Notes: a model not told the origin generated them from the letters alone. Shown: positions 9,490 to 19,785, counted from the stretch's first letter. The stretch is 64,000 bases of DNA from an uncultured Gammaproteobacteria bacterium (GCA_963808975.1 CAWEHR010000001.1:229908-293907); one strand, 5' to 3'. Translations and numbers: made by a program.

Positions 9490-10614
9490 ATGACCGCCAG
9501 CTGCGCAGCTTATCGGGCGCGGGGTGTTACCCCCCTGACACTGGCCCGCCGCCAACCTCGGTCGGCAAAAACCCTGCTACTGGTGCTGGCATCTGCATTG
9601 CTGGGCGCCTGTAGCCTGATACCTCCCGGTGCGCCGGCCTACCCGCCCCTGACTGAGCGTACGCCGCGAGCGCCCATGGAGCAGCACGAGTTTGTGTTGT
9701 GGCACCCTGAACAAGCCGTCGTCGGCGAGCCACAGATAATTCTCAGTCGTTTTGAAGACACCTTCGCCGATATCGCGCTGGCCTACGGTGTGGGTTATGA
9801 CGAATTGGTTGCGGCTAATCCGGCAGTAGACCCCTGGCTGCCCGGCGAGGGCACGGCGGTGCTGTTACCGACCCAATATGTCTTGCCCCTCGGCCCGCGC
9901 GTGGGTTTGGTATTGAATGTCGCCGCCAAGCGATTGTTTTATTTCCCCCCGGTTGCCGACGGAGAGCCAGCCAGGGTATTGACCTACCCGATGGGCATCG
10001 GTCGTGTCGGCTGGGATACTCCGTTGGGGGAAACCCGCATTACAGCAAAGGCGACCGACCCTAGTTGGTACGTGCCGGCCTCGGTGCGCCGGGAGCATGC
10101 CAAGCGCGGTGATCCGCTACCCCCTGTGGTCCCGCCCGGGCCAGACAACCCGCTTGGCCGGCACGCCCTGCGACTGCAGATGCCCAGCTACCTGATTCAC
10201 GGCACCAATAAGCCCTACGGCGTCGGGATGCGGGTGAGTCATGGCTGCATCCGCCTCAACCCGGAGGATATCGAGCAATTGTTTGCCCTGGTGAGGGTCG
10301 GGGAACCGGTTACCATCGTCAACCAACCGTATCTGGCGGCCTGGGATAACGGCGAGCTTTATGTCGAGGCGCACGAGCCGCTCGAAGATGACAAGCTCAG
10401 CGCCGAGGAGCGCCAGCAAAAATTGCTGGCCGTCATCGCGACCCAATCGGACGCATTTGCTGATGATCGAAGCCGGGCCTCGCTGAAGGCCGTGGTCGAG
10501 GCAGCGCGCGGGGTGCCCGTACGGGTACTGCGGGAGGACGTTGGGCAAGTGCCCCGGCGCGCCCGCCTGGTGCAAAATATCGTGCCTGACGCAGCGACGG
10601 ACGCGGATGGATAG
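9490..10614 (+). CDS. L,D-transpeptidase lipoprotein with LysM domain (YkuD/ErfK family)
   Basis: Start at MTASCAAY..LLLVLASALLGAC (lipobox). LysM-like FADIALAYGVGYDELVAANP. Catalytic block LIHGTNKPYGVGMRVSHGCIRLNPEDI. Confidence 0.8.
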   Translation: MTASCAAYRARGVTPLTLARRQPRSAKTLLLVLASALLGACSLIPPGAPAYPPLTERTPRAPMEQHEFVLWHPEQAVVGEPQIILSRFEDTFADIALAYGVGYDELVAANPAVDPWLPGEGTAVLLPTQYVLPLGPRVGLVLNVAAKRLFYFPPVADGEPARVLTYPMGIGRVGWDTPLGETRITAKATDPSWYVPASVRREHAKRGDPLPPVVPPGPDNPLGRHALRLQMPSYLIHGTNKPYGVGMRVSHGCIRLNPEDIEQLFALVRVGEPVTIVNQPYLAAWDNGELYVEAHEPLEDDKLSAEERQQKLLAVIATQSDAFADDRSRASLKAVVEAARGVPVRVLREDVGQVPRRARLVQNIVPDAATDADG

Positions 10615-11835
10615 TCATTTTCCCGCTCTTGGCTGCAAACCCACCTTGATAAAGCGCGGATAATACAAGTCGCACTTGTCCTGAATATCCTCGAGGTCAC
10701 AGCTGTTGACCACATAGCTAGCCGCGATTCTATTGCGGCCCTGGCCGGTTAGCGCCGGATGCCACTTCGGCGCATACACCAGCAAGCGGCTTTGGGGGTA
10801 CCTGGCGAGCTCCGGTGGAGAGAATAAGACCCGGCATTCCCCGGGTGTGGCCCCGGAGTCACCGCTGCGATAACACAGTGTTGAGTTCATTACCTGGCGA
10901 CTCTGCAGCCACCACCAGCTTTGGGCGCGTTCTGGCCAAGGGCTGGGCACCACTGATATTTCATTGTTGCCATCGGCAACGATTACCGCCGGCTTGTTTT
11001 CCAGCATGGCCGATTGCTTTTTCCATCCGTCTGCGGTCAACCAGTAGGGCTCACTCAAGTCACCGCCGAGGGCCGCGTCGAGGGGCCAGCGCGCCAGGTA
11101 CACCGGGTTTCCACCGCGGTCCGCCGGCCCTGCCGACCAGGCGTAGAGGTGAGTATCATCCGCATTAACGGTTGATGACCCTACCAGCAGTTGCTGCCAG
11201 TAGTTGTCTTCCGGCAACCGCACCTTGCGCCATTGCCACTGCTCTGGCGTGGCGGCGCTGATTGTTGCGATTCGCGCCTGCCAGCCGAGGATCTCAAAAT
11301 CCAGTCCTGCGCAGGAAGACGGCGGTGACTGGACAGCTGCATCGATCGTCGAGCGCGCCTGCATCAGGAATACCAGTACCTGGTCACGGAAAACGCTCAC
11401 CCCGCCCATCCAGAACCAGCTCCCGTCCTGTTGGTCGGGCGCGAAGAAGGATTCAGGTTCGCCGCTATCACTCCGCCCCCAGAAATGGCTGATGGCTGCG
11501 GTGGTGGGGTTGCTGCCGGTCTGCAGTGCGATGGAATTGTGTACCGTTACCGTAAACTCATCGAAACGATCGCACCGGTTGGCACCGGGTTGTGCTACCA
11601 GGGTATCGCCGAACACCCAGAGTATGCGGTCGTCACCGAGGTCGACACTATTGGCAACGTCAGCGCCCTTCCACTGGGGCGTTTGGGGGTTGGCAAAAAA
11701 CAGGCGATCCGCCTCGGGCCAGGGTTCTGCTACCAGCATCGCAGCGACACCCTCGCCCCGGTGGGCAGGATTCACTGCAGCGCAAGCTGCCATAGCCAGC
11801 GCCACCAGCAAAAACGACCCGAATTTCGCGACCAT
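10615..11835 (-). CDS. secreted hypothetical protein, possibly a DUF4185-like beta-propeller
   Basis: Internal start MVAKFGSFLLVALAMAACAA (signal peptide) within ORF 10615..11949. W/G/D-rich composition (ILWVFGDT, WFWMGG). The family assignment is tentative. Confidence 0.5.
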   Translation of the reverse strand: MVAKFGSFLLVALAMAACAAVNPAHRGEGVAAMLVAEPWPEADRLFFANPQTPQWKGADVANSVDLGDDRILWVFGDTLVAQPGANRCDRFDEFTVTVHNSIALQTGSNPTTAAISHFWGRSDSGEPESFFAPDQQDGSWFWMGGVSVFRDQVLVFLMQARSTIDAAVQSPPSSCAGLDFEILGWQARIATISAATPEQWQWRKVRLPEDNYWQQLLVGSSTVNADDTHLYAWSAGPADRGGNPVYLARWPLDAALGGDLSEPYWLTADGWKKQSAMLENKPAVIVADGNNEISVVPSPWPERAQSWWWLQSRQVMNSTLCYRSGDSGATPGECRVLFSPPELARYPQSRLLVYAPKWHPALTGQGRNRIAASYVVNSCDLEDIQDKCDLYYPRFIKVGLQPRAGK

Positions 11836-12126
11836 ACTTTTCTGCTCCAGCGCCGTGCACACAGTCCAAATCAAAGACGACTCGCCCGAGTTATCAGGCC
11901 CGACCCTGTTTGCCGTCGCCCTCATACCCCAATCATCGCCCATGCCCAACTGGAGACGTATCGTATACCTCGCACGGTCGGATTACCCCACTATATATTC
12001 TTTTGCATAGGAGCAATGCTGGGATACGATGGGCGCCAGAACGAAGCGGCAAGCTTTGCCGCGCCCGCGACAAGGCGAAGCAGTGAGAATTAAAATGCGG
12101 CCACAGCCAATAGAGAGTACCGCGTA

Positions 12127-13458
12127 ATGACTGAATACCAGATTCTATGCGTGCTCGCCGCCGTGGCGTTTTTGATCGCTTTCCTGAGCGAAAAGATTCT
12201 GCGCCTGCAAACTACCATTGCCATCACGTCCGGAGCGCTGCTGCTCTCCCTTGTCTTGTTGGTACTGGGCAATACCTTGTTTCCAGAACTGCGAGCGTTT
12301 GCATTCGAATTCCTTGGGGGCATTGATTTTCAGGAGTTTGTGCTGGAGGGCGTGCTGGGATTCCTGCTCTTTGCGGGCGGCCTCGGCATCAATCTGCAGG
12401 CAATGCGCAGCCAGAAGTGGGAAATCACGGTGCTGGTACTGTTTGGTGTAGTGGCATCCACGGTGCTGGTCGCCGCCGGCGTCTGGGCACTGTGCAAACT
12501 GGCTGGCATGCCCATCGCCTTTGTTTACTGCCTATTGTTCGGCGCGCTGATTTCTCCCACCGATCCCATTGCTGTGCTGGCGATCGTCAAGAAACTGGAT
12601 GCACCCGAGCAAGTCGCCATTCAGCTGGAGGGGGAGTCGCTGTTCAATGACGGCGTTGGCCTGGTGGCGTTTCTCAGTATCTACGCAGTGGCATTCAGCG
12701 GTGAAGAGCCGTCGCTGGCCAACGTCGGCGGAATATTCCTGCATGAGGCCGTTGGCGGCATCACCTTTGGCGCGCTGGTGGGTGTGATCGCACATTTCAT
12801 GATCAGCGCGACCGACGAGGGCCCGATGGAGCTGGCAATGACCCTGTGCATCCCCACCGCGGGCTTCGCCTTTGCCAATATACTTGGCGTTTCCGGTGCG
12901 CTGGCCATGGTGATCGCGGGGATCATCGTGGGCAACTGGACGCGTCACAGCGGCTTTTCCGTCCAGAGCGAAACGTTCCTGGACCACTTCTGGTCCCTGG
13001 TTGACGAATTTCTCAATGCCCTGCTGTTTCTGATGATCGGGCTGGCCATGCTGGTCATCGAGTTCAAACCGCAGGAATACATTATATGCGCCTGCGCCAT
13101 ACCCATCGTGCTGCTGGCGCGGTTTATCAGCATGCGGCTGCCCTATCTCGTGTTTCAGCGCTATCGTGCCTACAATGAATATTCCGTTCGCATCCTGACC
13201 TGGGGAGGACTGCGCGGAGCGCTGTCGCTGGCTATGGCGGTCTCGGTTCCCGCCGGCGTGGCCATCGCGGGCGAGGACTCGCTGGATCTGCGCAATGTGC
13301 TGGTAGCGATGACCTACTGCATTGTGCTGTTTTCCATTATCGTGCAAGGCAGCACGATTGCGCCCATCATAAACAGGGCCAAACAAATGGAAAGCCCGAG
13401 CCAGCAAGCAGACGGAGCCCCGTCAATGCCCACGCAACCTGCAAGCCGGGAGCACTAA
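12127..13458 (+). CDS. Na+/H+ antiporter, CPA1 (NhaP-like) family
   Basis: 443-aa polytopic ORF with CPA1 motifs LFGALISPTDPIAV, ESLFNDGVG and TWGGLRGALSLAMA. Confidence 0.8.
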   Translation: MTEYQILCVLAAVAFLIAFLSEKILRLQTTIAITSGALLLSLVLLVLGNTLFPELRAFAFEFLGGIDFQEFVLEGVLGFLLFAGGLGINLQAMRSQKWEITVLVLFGVVASTVLVAAGVWALCKLAGMPIAFVYCLLFGALISPTDPIAVLAIVKKLDAPEQVAIQLEGESLFNDGVGLVAFLSIYAVAFSGEEPSLANVGGIFLHEAVGGITFGALVGVIAHFMISATDEGPMELAMTLCIPTAGFAFANILGVSGALAMVIAGIIVGNWTRHSGFSVQSETFLDHFWSLVDEFLNALLFLMIGLAMLVIEFKPQEYIICACAIPIVLLARFISMRLPYLVFQRYRAYNEYSVRILTWGGLRGALSLAMAVSVPAGVAIAGEDSLDLRNVLVAMTYCIVLFSIIVQGSTIAPIINRAKQMESPSQQADGAPSMPTQPASREH

Positions 13459-13668
13459 TACTGGCAACAGGACACCCCGGGCCAGCCCCCGTGTTCAACT
13501 TTCCTAAATCGACTTCCTTACCTACTATTAATTCCAACACTTTTCGTGGCGATGCAGAATCCGCCGTCGCGGCTTCAACCCATGGTGCGAGGCTGCATTG
13601 CGAAACCTCGATTGCACAGCAAACCAATGTTTTTAAAAAGCTCAATTGTCAATGGAGAACCCCCAACC

Positions 13669-14559
13669 ATGGTATTTGCAAAAACCAGAACCGCACTCAC
13701 TGGCGCAGCGGTCATGCTGCTCGCGGCTTGTGGGGGTGGCGGTGGCGGCAGTGACGACCCCCCGCCACCGCCACCTATCGTCAGTGGATCATTCATTGAC
13801 GCCCCGGTCGAGGGCTTGCGCTGGGAATCCGGCGAGCTGACGGGCATCACCGACGCCGAGGGCTCTTTCGAATACCGGGACGGTGACATAGTGAACTTTT
13901 ACCTGGGTGATATTCCATTGGGTGAATCCAAAGGTTTCAGGGTCATTATCCCGGTCGATATCGTTGCGGGTGCGCAGACTATCGATAACCCCCAGGTGCT
14001 CAATATAGCGCGCCTGATGCTGACCCTGGATGATGATGCGGACGCCGCCAACGGCATCGAAATAACACCCACCGTTGCCGACCTGACCGCAGGTGAAACG
14101 ATTGACTTTGCAGTATCCACCCAACAGTTCACCACCGACACCCAGGTTTTGGTCAATCGACTCACCGCCGCCACCACCGCAGGGGCGCGGGACCTGGTTG
14201 CAGCACCGGTGGCCCGGGAGCACCTGCGCCTGACAATCGCCCGCCTGCTGGCCGGAAATTACCGGGGCACCTATTCTGGCGACGGGGAGGGCACCTGGAC
14301 CGCCACCGTCAACCTGAACGGCGACCTCACCGGCACCGCGTTCCCGGCCAGTGGCGGGGAAGCGATCCAACTGGCCCAGGCAGGGGCAGTGTCAGGTGAC
14401 GGCAGCGGCAAGGCCGGCTTCGGAGCCAGCGGCGGTGCGCTGGACGATCGAACGATTACCTTCACCGGTATATTCAGGGCCGACGGCAGGGCATCCGGTA
14501 GTTGGAAGGACGACGACCGGGACGACAACGGCAGTTGGGAGGGCAATAAGATCCAGTAA
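13669..14559 (+). CDS. hypothetical lipoprotein
   Basis: Start MVFAKTRTALTGAAVMLLAACGGGGGGSDDPPPPPP (lipobox LAAC followed by a Gly/Pro linker). No family recognised. Confidence 0.6.
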   Translation: MVFAKTRTALTGAAVMLLAACGGGGGGSDDPPPPPPIVSGSFIDAPVEGLRWESGELTGITDAEGSFEYRDGDIVNFYLGDIPLGESKGFRVIIPVDIVAGAQTIDNPQVLNIARLMLTLDDDADAANGIEITPTVADLTAGETIDFAVSTQQFTTDTQVLVNRLTAATTAGARDLVAAPVAREHLRLTIARLLAGNYRGTYSGDGEGTWTATVNLNGDLTGTAFPASGGEAIQLAQAGAVSGDGSGKAGFGASGGALDDRTITFTGIFRADGRASGSWKDDDRDDNGSWEGNKIQ

Positions 14560-14662
14560 TTGCATCTATTCGGTGCAGCCGGGGGTCTTCCCCGGCCGCC
14601 TGATCGCGACGCCCTATCCCCATAAACCCCGGCCCGCTCTACTTCGAACCTGTAGAGGCAAC

Positions 14663-15886
14663 CTAAAACCCGTAGAGACGACGCGCCTGGCTGCGGCATT
14701 GCTCCACTTCGGCCTTTATAGGCTGATCCAGCGTCAAGTCGTCTTCCAGCAACAGCGTATATTTGACCTGGCCCACCGGTTCGATGCCGCTGGAAAGTGC
14801 ATTGATCAGGTCTGACAGCACGTTATAGGCCGCCCGGGTTTTCTTCACCGACTTGCGCTTCACCTCGCCATTGTTCAAGCCGGCGTGGTCACTGCAATCG
14901 ACGATTACCGCATTATGATTGCGGTAACCGGAGCCCGCAATAATCTGGCAACCCTCGGACCAGCGATTGACCGCCCGCCCTACTCCTTTACCGCCCCAGT
15001 GGACGTTAATTGTGGTGTTGGCCTCCAGGCCGTTGTCCAGGTCTTCCTCGGTCAGGCGATAATCCCCTTTCGACCTCACCACCAGAACCCCGTGCCTGGC
15101 CGGGCGCAGCGCATGGTAGCTGCCCTGGTGCAAACCAAACTGAAACTGGTGCTGGCCCTGAACCAGAAAGGGCGCTCCCCTGGGGTTTTTGGTGTAGCCG
15201 GGATCGGTAGAGGCCTGAAATTTGAAGCACAGCCCCTTGATCAACAGCACGAGCACATCATCAAACTTGTGGGTGGTCCGCGTTGCGCCGTAGCGAATTC
15301 CTACCACGTGGACATGCTGGGGAGAAAAATCCCAATCCGCAACCGGAACGGTATCGCTGGGTCGACGGTAGGCATCGACCAGCTTCAACATGGGCGATGG
15401 ATGGGCCAGGTAATGCGACTTGACCGCGCCCAGGTAGTCCAGCCAGCGATTGAATTCACAATCCATCCCGGGGAGGGAGCCATCCTCCCAGGCGTTCAGG
15501 GTCGCCAGCCAACTGGCCTTGATATTCTCGTTACGCCAGCGCTCCAGGTGCGCCAGCGTCGCCGGCCCGAGAATGCCATCCGGCAGGCATCGCTTGCCCT
15601 CGATGGAGCGAACATACTCCTGAAACAGGCGAATAGACGACTGGGTGCGGTAGCCACAGATGCCGTCGATTCTGCTCCCGGGTAGAAAGCCCAGGTCACG
15701 CAGCAGGGTTTGCGCCCCAGCCACGCTGATCGCGGCGCCCTGCGCCAGCGGTGTCAGGGCGACCGGCCCCTTTTCCCCCAGCAGTTTTCTGCCGGCAACG
15801 TTGCGGTCGAATTTTTCGATAAGCGCCAGATAGGATTCGATGGCGCCGCCGGGGATATCAGGGTCGTACTTGCCGAGAGAGATCAT
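14663..15886 (-). CDS. peptidoglycan-binding-domain protein with a YkuD-like C-terminal motif and no signal peptide
   Basis: 407-aa ORF. PG_binding_1-like repeat LLRDLGFLPGSRIDGICGYRTQSSIRLFQEY...DGILGPATLAHL. The C-terminal VHWGGKGVGRAVNRWSEGCQIIAG resembles the His-x(15-18)-S-x-G-C motif of the L,D-transpeptidase fold. Confidence 0.65.
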   Translation of the reverse strand: MISLGKYDPDIPGGAIESYLALIEKFDRNVAGRKLLGEKGPVALTPLAQGAAISVAGAQTLLRDLGFLPGSRIDGICGYRTQSSIRLFQEYVRSIEGKRCLPDGILGPATLAHLERWRNENIKASWLATLNAWEDGSLPGMDCEFNRWLDYLGAVKSHYLAHPSPMLKLVDAYRRPSDTVPVADWDFSPQHVHVVGIRYGATRTTHKFDDVLVLLIKGLCFKFQASTDPGYTKNPRGAPFLVQGQHQFQFGLHQGSYHALRPARHGVLVVRSKGDYRLTEEDLDNGLEANTTINVHWGGKGVGRAVNRWSEGCQIIAGSGYRNHNAVIVDCSDHAGLNNGEVKRKSVKKTRAAYNVLSDLINALSSGIEPVGQVKYTLLLEDDLTLDQPIKAEVEQCRSQARRLYGF

Positions 15887-16302
15887 GCCCTACTCCTGCG
15901 GTTTATTTTTATAGACGCATGGCCACGATAGCACAGTGGCAGGCACCGATGCAGCCATGGTGACAAACACGGGTCAGCCCGGATATTGCGCCAGTTGCCT
16001 GAGATAGCGCGCAGGTATCACGTTGCTTTTGCGTGCTCGCGAGCGTAAACGTAGCCATAGCTACGGCGCAGTGAGCATGTGCGCAAAATCGACGCGAGAT
16101 CAAGTGGTATCCAGGCAAACAGCAGTGGTGACATGTTGTACCCGGGTGAAAAACTCGCGATATCCCTTTTCTACAAGGGACAGATAAATAAATTGGCGTG
16201 TGCTGGTGCATGTATGCGGGCTAGCGCCAGCGAGCAGGGGGACGGGGCGGATCACGCGCCGCGGCGACGAGCAATTGCCTTTTCGATAAGCCGGCCTGAG
16301 TA

Positions 16303-16860
16303 TCAGCGGACGGGCTGACCACAGTTTGCCGGCGGTTCAGAGCCGGCGACGACCTGCCATGGTTTTGCCAGCCGCGTCAGCTCCCAGAACTCCCAGCCCA
16401 GACTGTTCTCAAGCGCCTGGTCCTCCCGGTCGCTATTCCCTGTATCAAGCATACCGAGCCATTTGGCGTCACAGCGCAGCAGCGCAAAGGGCATATAACT
16501 GTGCCCCGCCTCGGCCAGCAAATCGAAGGTATCCCTGTGCCGCTCGATATCGACACAGCCGAGATACCCGCACAACAGCGTTTGCCGTCTAAAGCTGATT
16601 TCCACGCGATGATGACCCTGTTCGACCTTCTGCGGCTCCCAGCTGATGATTTCCTTACCATCAATACGGGTTACCGAGGCATAGTCGGTCAGGTAAAAAA
16701 GGCCGGGACGATATTGGCTGTGGGGCCAGATCACCGCCGCAGGGGTATCTGGTGTGAACGCCGGGACAGGGTCCTGCGAAGTACAGCCGGCGACCAGTAC
16801 GAAAAGCATCGCGCCCGCGCCGGCAATGGCACCGCGAAGCCAGTAAAGTAGTGTATCCAT
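16303..16860 (-). CDS. hypothetical lipoprotein
   Basis: 185-aa ORF with N-terminal GAGAMLFVLVAGCTSQ (lipobox). No family recognised. Confidence 0.5.
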   Translation of the reverse strand: MDTLLYWLRGAIAGAGAMLFVLVAGCTSQDPVPAFTPDTPAAVIWPHSQYRPGLFYLTDYASVTRIDGKEIISWEPQKVEQGHHRVEISFRRQTLLCGYLGCVDIERHRDTFDLLAEAGHSYMPFALLRCDAKWLGMLDTGNSDREDQALENSLGWEFWELTRLAKPWQVVAGSEPPANCGQPVR

Positions 16861-17113
16861 GATTGCCTTTCCTCAGCAGCGGATACCGCACAGAAAGCCG
16901 GGAATGCAGTTGATTGTCACGTGCCAACGGTCTGCGGTAAAGCAATTTCTTGCCCCCGAACAAACGATTTTTCATTGGCACTGGTTGCAACTTATCCGGT
17001 TTTTTCGGTCGCTGTCGGCGGCTGGCCAATTCATCGCGCAGCGGTGCAGCAACGGATAAAAAACAGAAAAATCAACTGTTCGCAGCACCAACATCGGGTA
17101 CAGTGAAGCAGCG

Positions 17114-18514
17114 ATGGCAGGGTCCGAGTACCGCTCCCCGAGATTGGCGGACACTAATCCAGAATTACAACTGAGCCGAGGCCAAACCGTGACCACAGGT
17201 GCCACTCACCCCCCAACTACCCAGGACGAGCTATCCCGCCGCGTAACAGGCTACGGGCTGTTCATCCTGACCCTTGTCTATGCCTTCAATTTCCTCGACC
17301 GCCAGATCCTGGTGATCCTGCAGGAGCCCATCAAGCTGGAGATGGGGCTTAGCGATGCCCAGTTGGGCTTGCTCAGCGGGTTTTCCTTCGCTCTGGTCTA
17401 TTGCACCGCAGGCATACCCATCGCCTACTGGGCAGACCGCAGCAATCGTCGCAACATTATTGCCGCCGCACTCACCATCTGGAGCGGTATGACCGCCCTC
17501 TCCGGCCTGGCGCAGAATTTCACCCATTTGCTACTGGCGCGGATCGGCGTGGGTATCGGTGAAGCCGGTGGCAGCCCCCCCGCCCACTCGATGATCAGTG
17601 ATTATTTTCCACCCCACAAACGCGGCACTGCGCTGGCTATCTACTCCACTGGTGTCCACCTGGGCATTCTGCTGGGCTTTATCGCGGGCGGCCTGATCGG
17701 CCAGGCTTTTGGCTGGCGCGTGGCCTTCATGGCGGTGGGCATTCCCGGCATCATCCTCGCTGCGGTTTTGTTGTTCACGGTAAAGGAGCCCCAGCGCGGG
17801 CGCTGGGAGACAGCGGCAGAGGCAGCCTACAAACCGACGTTGGGAGAGACCATAAAACTATTATCGGCTTACAAATCGTTCTGGTATCTCGCCAGCGCCA
17901 CCGCGCTCGCCGCGTTCGCGGGCTACGGTACCGGCAATTTTTCGCCGTCGTACCTGATCCGCAACCACGGTTTCAGCGTTGGCGAGGTGGGCATCGTGCT
18001 GGCCATCTTCGGCGGTGGCGGCGGCCTGGTGGGAACCTTCATGGGCGGATTCCTCGCGGATCGGCTCGGGGTCAGGGACCGACGCTGGTATCTTTGGTTG
18101 CCGGCGCTGGCCGGGGCATTATCGATACCCCTGGCCTTTCCCTATTTCCTGCTCGACAATACCTACCTGGTGATCGGCTCATTGTTCCTGGTAACGATCA
18201 TGCTGAATACCTACCTCGGGCCCTGCCTCGCGATATCGCACTCGCTGGTGCCGCCTGCCATGCGGGCCTTGACCTCGGCGGTTCTGTTCCTGGTACTCAA
18301 CTTGATCGGGCTTGGCCTTGGGCCGCTGACCACCGGGATCCTGAGTGATCTCTACGCCACCCGACTCGGGGAAGACAGCCTGCGCTATGCCATGCTGACG
18401 ACGGCGCTGCTGAGCTCCCCATCCGTCCTGCTGTTCCTGTTGGCGGCGCGCCAGTTGCCAAAGGATCTCGAGCACGGTGCCCTGCAAGAGACCTCGCGCA
18501 GTCAGTCGGGCTAG
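17114..18514 (+). CDS. MFS transporter (Spinster-like subgroup)
   Basis: 466-aa polytopic ORF with FLDRQIL, GLLSGFSFALVY, WADRSNRRNIIA and LLLARIGVGIGEAG, the MFS signature between TM2 and TM3. Confidence 0.8.
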   Translation: MAGSEYRSPRLADTNPELQLSRGQTVTTGATHPPTTQDELSRRVTGYGLFILTLVYAFNFLDRQILVILQEPIKLEMGLSDAQLGLLSGFSFALVYCTAGIPIAYWADRSNRRNIIAAALTIWSGMTALSGLAQNFTHLLLARIGVGIGEAGGSPPAHSMISDYFPPHKRGTALAIYSTGVHLGILLGFIAGGLIGQAFGWRVAFMAVGIPGIILAAVLLFTVKEPQRGRWETAAEAAYKPTLGETIKLLSAYKSFWYLASATALAAFAGYGTGNFSPSYLIRNHGFSVGEVGIVLAIFGGGGGLVGTFMGGFLADRLGVRDRRWYLWLPALAGALSIPLAFPYFLLDNTYLVIGSLFLVTIMLNTYLGPCLAISHSLVPPAMRALTSAVLFLVLNLIGLGLGPLTTGILSDLYATRLGEDSLRYAMLTTALLSSPSVLLFLLAARQLPKDLEHGALQETSRSQSG

Positions 18515-18715
18515 CACGCTGCCCGATCTCAAGGATGGGATGCGGATACTTCTATCCCCATCGCCACACAGCATGATGCCTGCGCTTTTCGTTTGTGCGA
18601 GCACCGGGCCTGGGGCAGAATACTGACACGACAGTGTCGCGAGATAGCGTCCGGGGCGCAGGCCGGCTTGCCAGCGCCCCTTGATATTTACACCTGGGCT
18701 TGGGAGGGGTTAAAC

Positions 18716-19669
18716 ATGTCGAGTAAGCTGCGCAAGGAGCTGTCTGATCGCGTCATCGCAGATGCCGGGGAAGTCGCTTTTGTCGTCCACTCCGATATCA
18801 AGGGGCCGATCAGCGAACTGACCTTTTTGCAACGGGCGCTGCTGTTCGCCGAACTGTCGATGATTTCCTACAACGACCCGAAAGAAGCCCGGCGCGCCGC
18901 CAAACTGGCAGGCTTTACCAAAACAACCTTTTACGACAAATGCGGCTCCCAGGCTTATCAATTCAGCAATCGCTGGGACCGTGTTGTGGCCTGCCGGGGC
19001 ACCGAACCCAACGAGTGGAATGATATTCACGCCGACGCCAACGCCGCCGCGGTGCTGGCGGAAACCGTGGGTAAAGTGCACCGCGGTTTCAAGGGCGAGG
19101 TGGACGACCTGTGGCCGATGCTGGAAGAAGCTATTGTCGGCAGCAAAAAACCGCTTTGGTTTTGCGGCCACTCACTCGGCGGCGCCATGGCCACCATCTG
19201 CAGCAGTCGCTGCTTCCTTTCCCACATCGACCCCAACCCGGAGCAACTCTATACCTACGGTAGCCCGCGGGTTGGCGACAACACCTATATCAATCATGTC
19301 AAGCTCGATCACTTTCGGTTCGTCAATAACAACGACATTGTGACCCGGGTGCCACCGCTGTTATTCGGCTACCGCCATGGTGGCAGCGAGATCTACATCA
19401 ACCGAAATGGCTACATTCGCAAGCTCGGCATGCTGCTGAAACGGCGGGACCGGTTCAAGGGCTTTATTGACGGGATCTTCCGGGGCAAGATCGATCACTT
19501 CCAGGATCACTCCATTCACAACTATATTGCCGCACTGCAACGGGCGGTCGAAACCGAGCAGAAAAAACTTAACCGAGGCGGCAAATCCAAAACCGGCCAC
19601 GAATACGCCACCGGTGAGCGCGAGGTGGATGCCGAGGAGTCCGCGGCCAAAAAGACCGAAAAAGCGTGA
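18716..19669 (+). CDS. class 3 (fungal-type) lipase family protein
   Basis: Start at ATG 18716, preceded by GGGAGGGG. Nucleophile elbow CGHSLGGAMA and FVNNNDIVTRVP. Lys/Glu-rich C-terminal tail. Confidence 0.75.
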   Translation: MSSKLRKELSDRVIADAGEVAFVVHSDIKGPISELTFLQRALLFAELSMISYNDPKEARRAAKLAGFTKTTFYDKCGSQAYQFSNRWDRVVACRGTEPNEWNDIHADANAAAVLAETVGKVHRGFKGEVDDLWPMLEEAIVGSKKPLWFCGHSLGGAMATICSSRCFLSHIDPNPEQLYTYGSPRVGDNTYINHVKLDHFRFVNNNDIVTRVPPLLFGYRHGGSEIYINRNGYIRKLGMLLKRRDRFKGFIDGIFRGKIDHFQDHSIHNYIAALQRAVETEQKKLNRGGKSKTGHEYATGEREVDAEESAAKKTEKA

Positions 19670-19674
19670 CGGAA

Positions 19675-19704
19675 GCCAGGGCAAGCACCTGCGCTTGCCC
19701 TGGC
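19675..19704 (+). terminator. stem-loop downstream of the class 3 lipase gene
   Basis: Perfect 12-bp stem GCCAGGGCAAGC / GCTTGCCCTGGC with a 6-nt loop, starting 6 nt after the stop. No clear T-tract. Confidence 0.45.
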
Positions 19705-19739
19705 TGCTAGCTGACCGCGAAAACACACCCCAAGCTTGA

Positions 19740-19771
19740 CCGCTGCCGGTGCGGTCCCCCCTCGGCAGCGG
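19740..19771 (-). terminator. stem-loop downstream of the convergent lipoprotein gene
   Basis: 9-bp stem CCGCTGCCG / CGGCAGCGG lying just past the 19786 gene end. Confidence 0.4.
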
Positions 19772-19785
19772 CGCGCGTTGGCTCG

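Noticed and set aside
15909-16211. A 100-aa minus-strand ORF strikingly rich in Cys and His (CHHCC, CAHAHC, CHHGCIGACHC), which could look like a metal-binding peptide.
   Set aside because: It has no Shine-Dalgarno sequence and uses many codons that are rare in this genome (TTA, AGA, ATA). It has no signal peptide or partner genes, and it lies in an AT-richer intergenic region. The composition is most likely chance.
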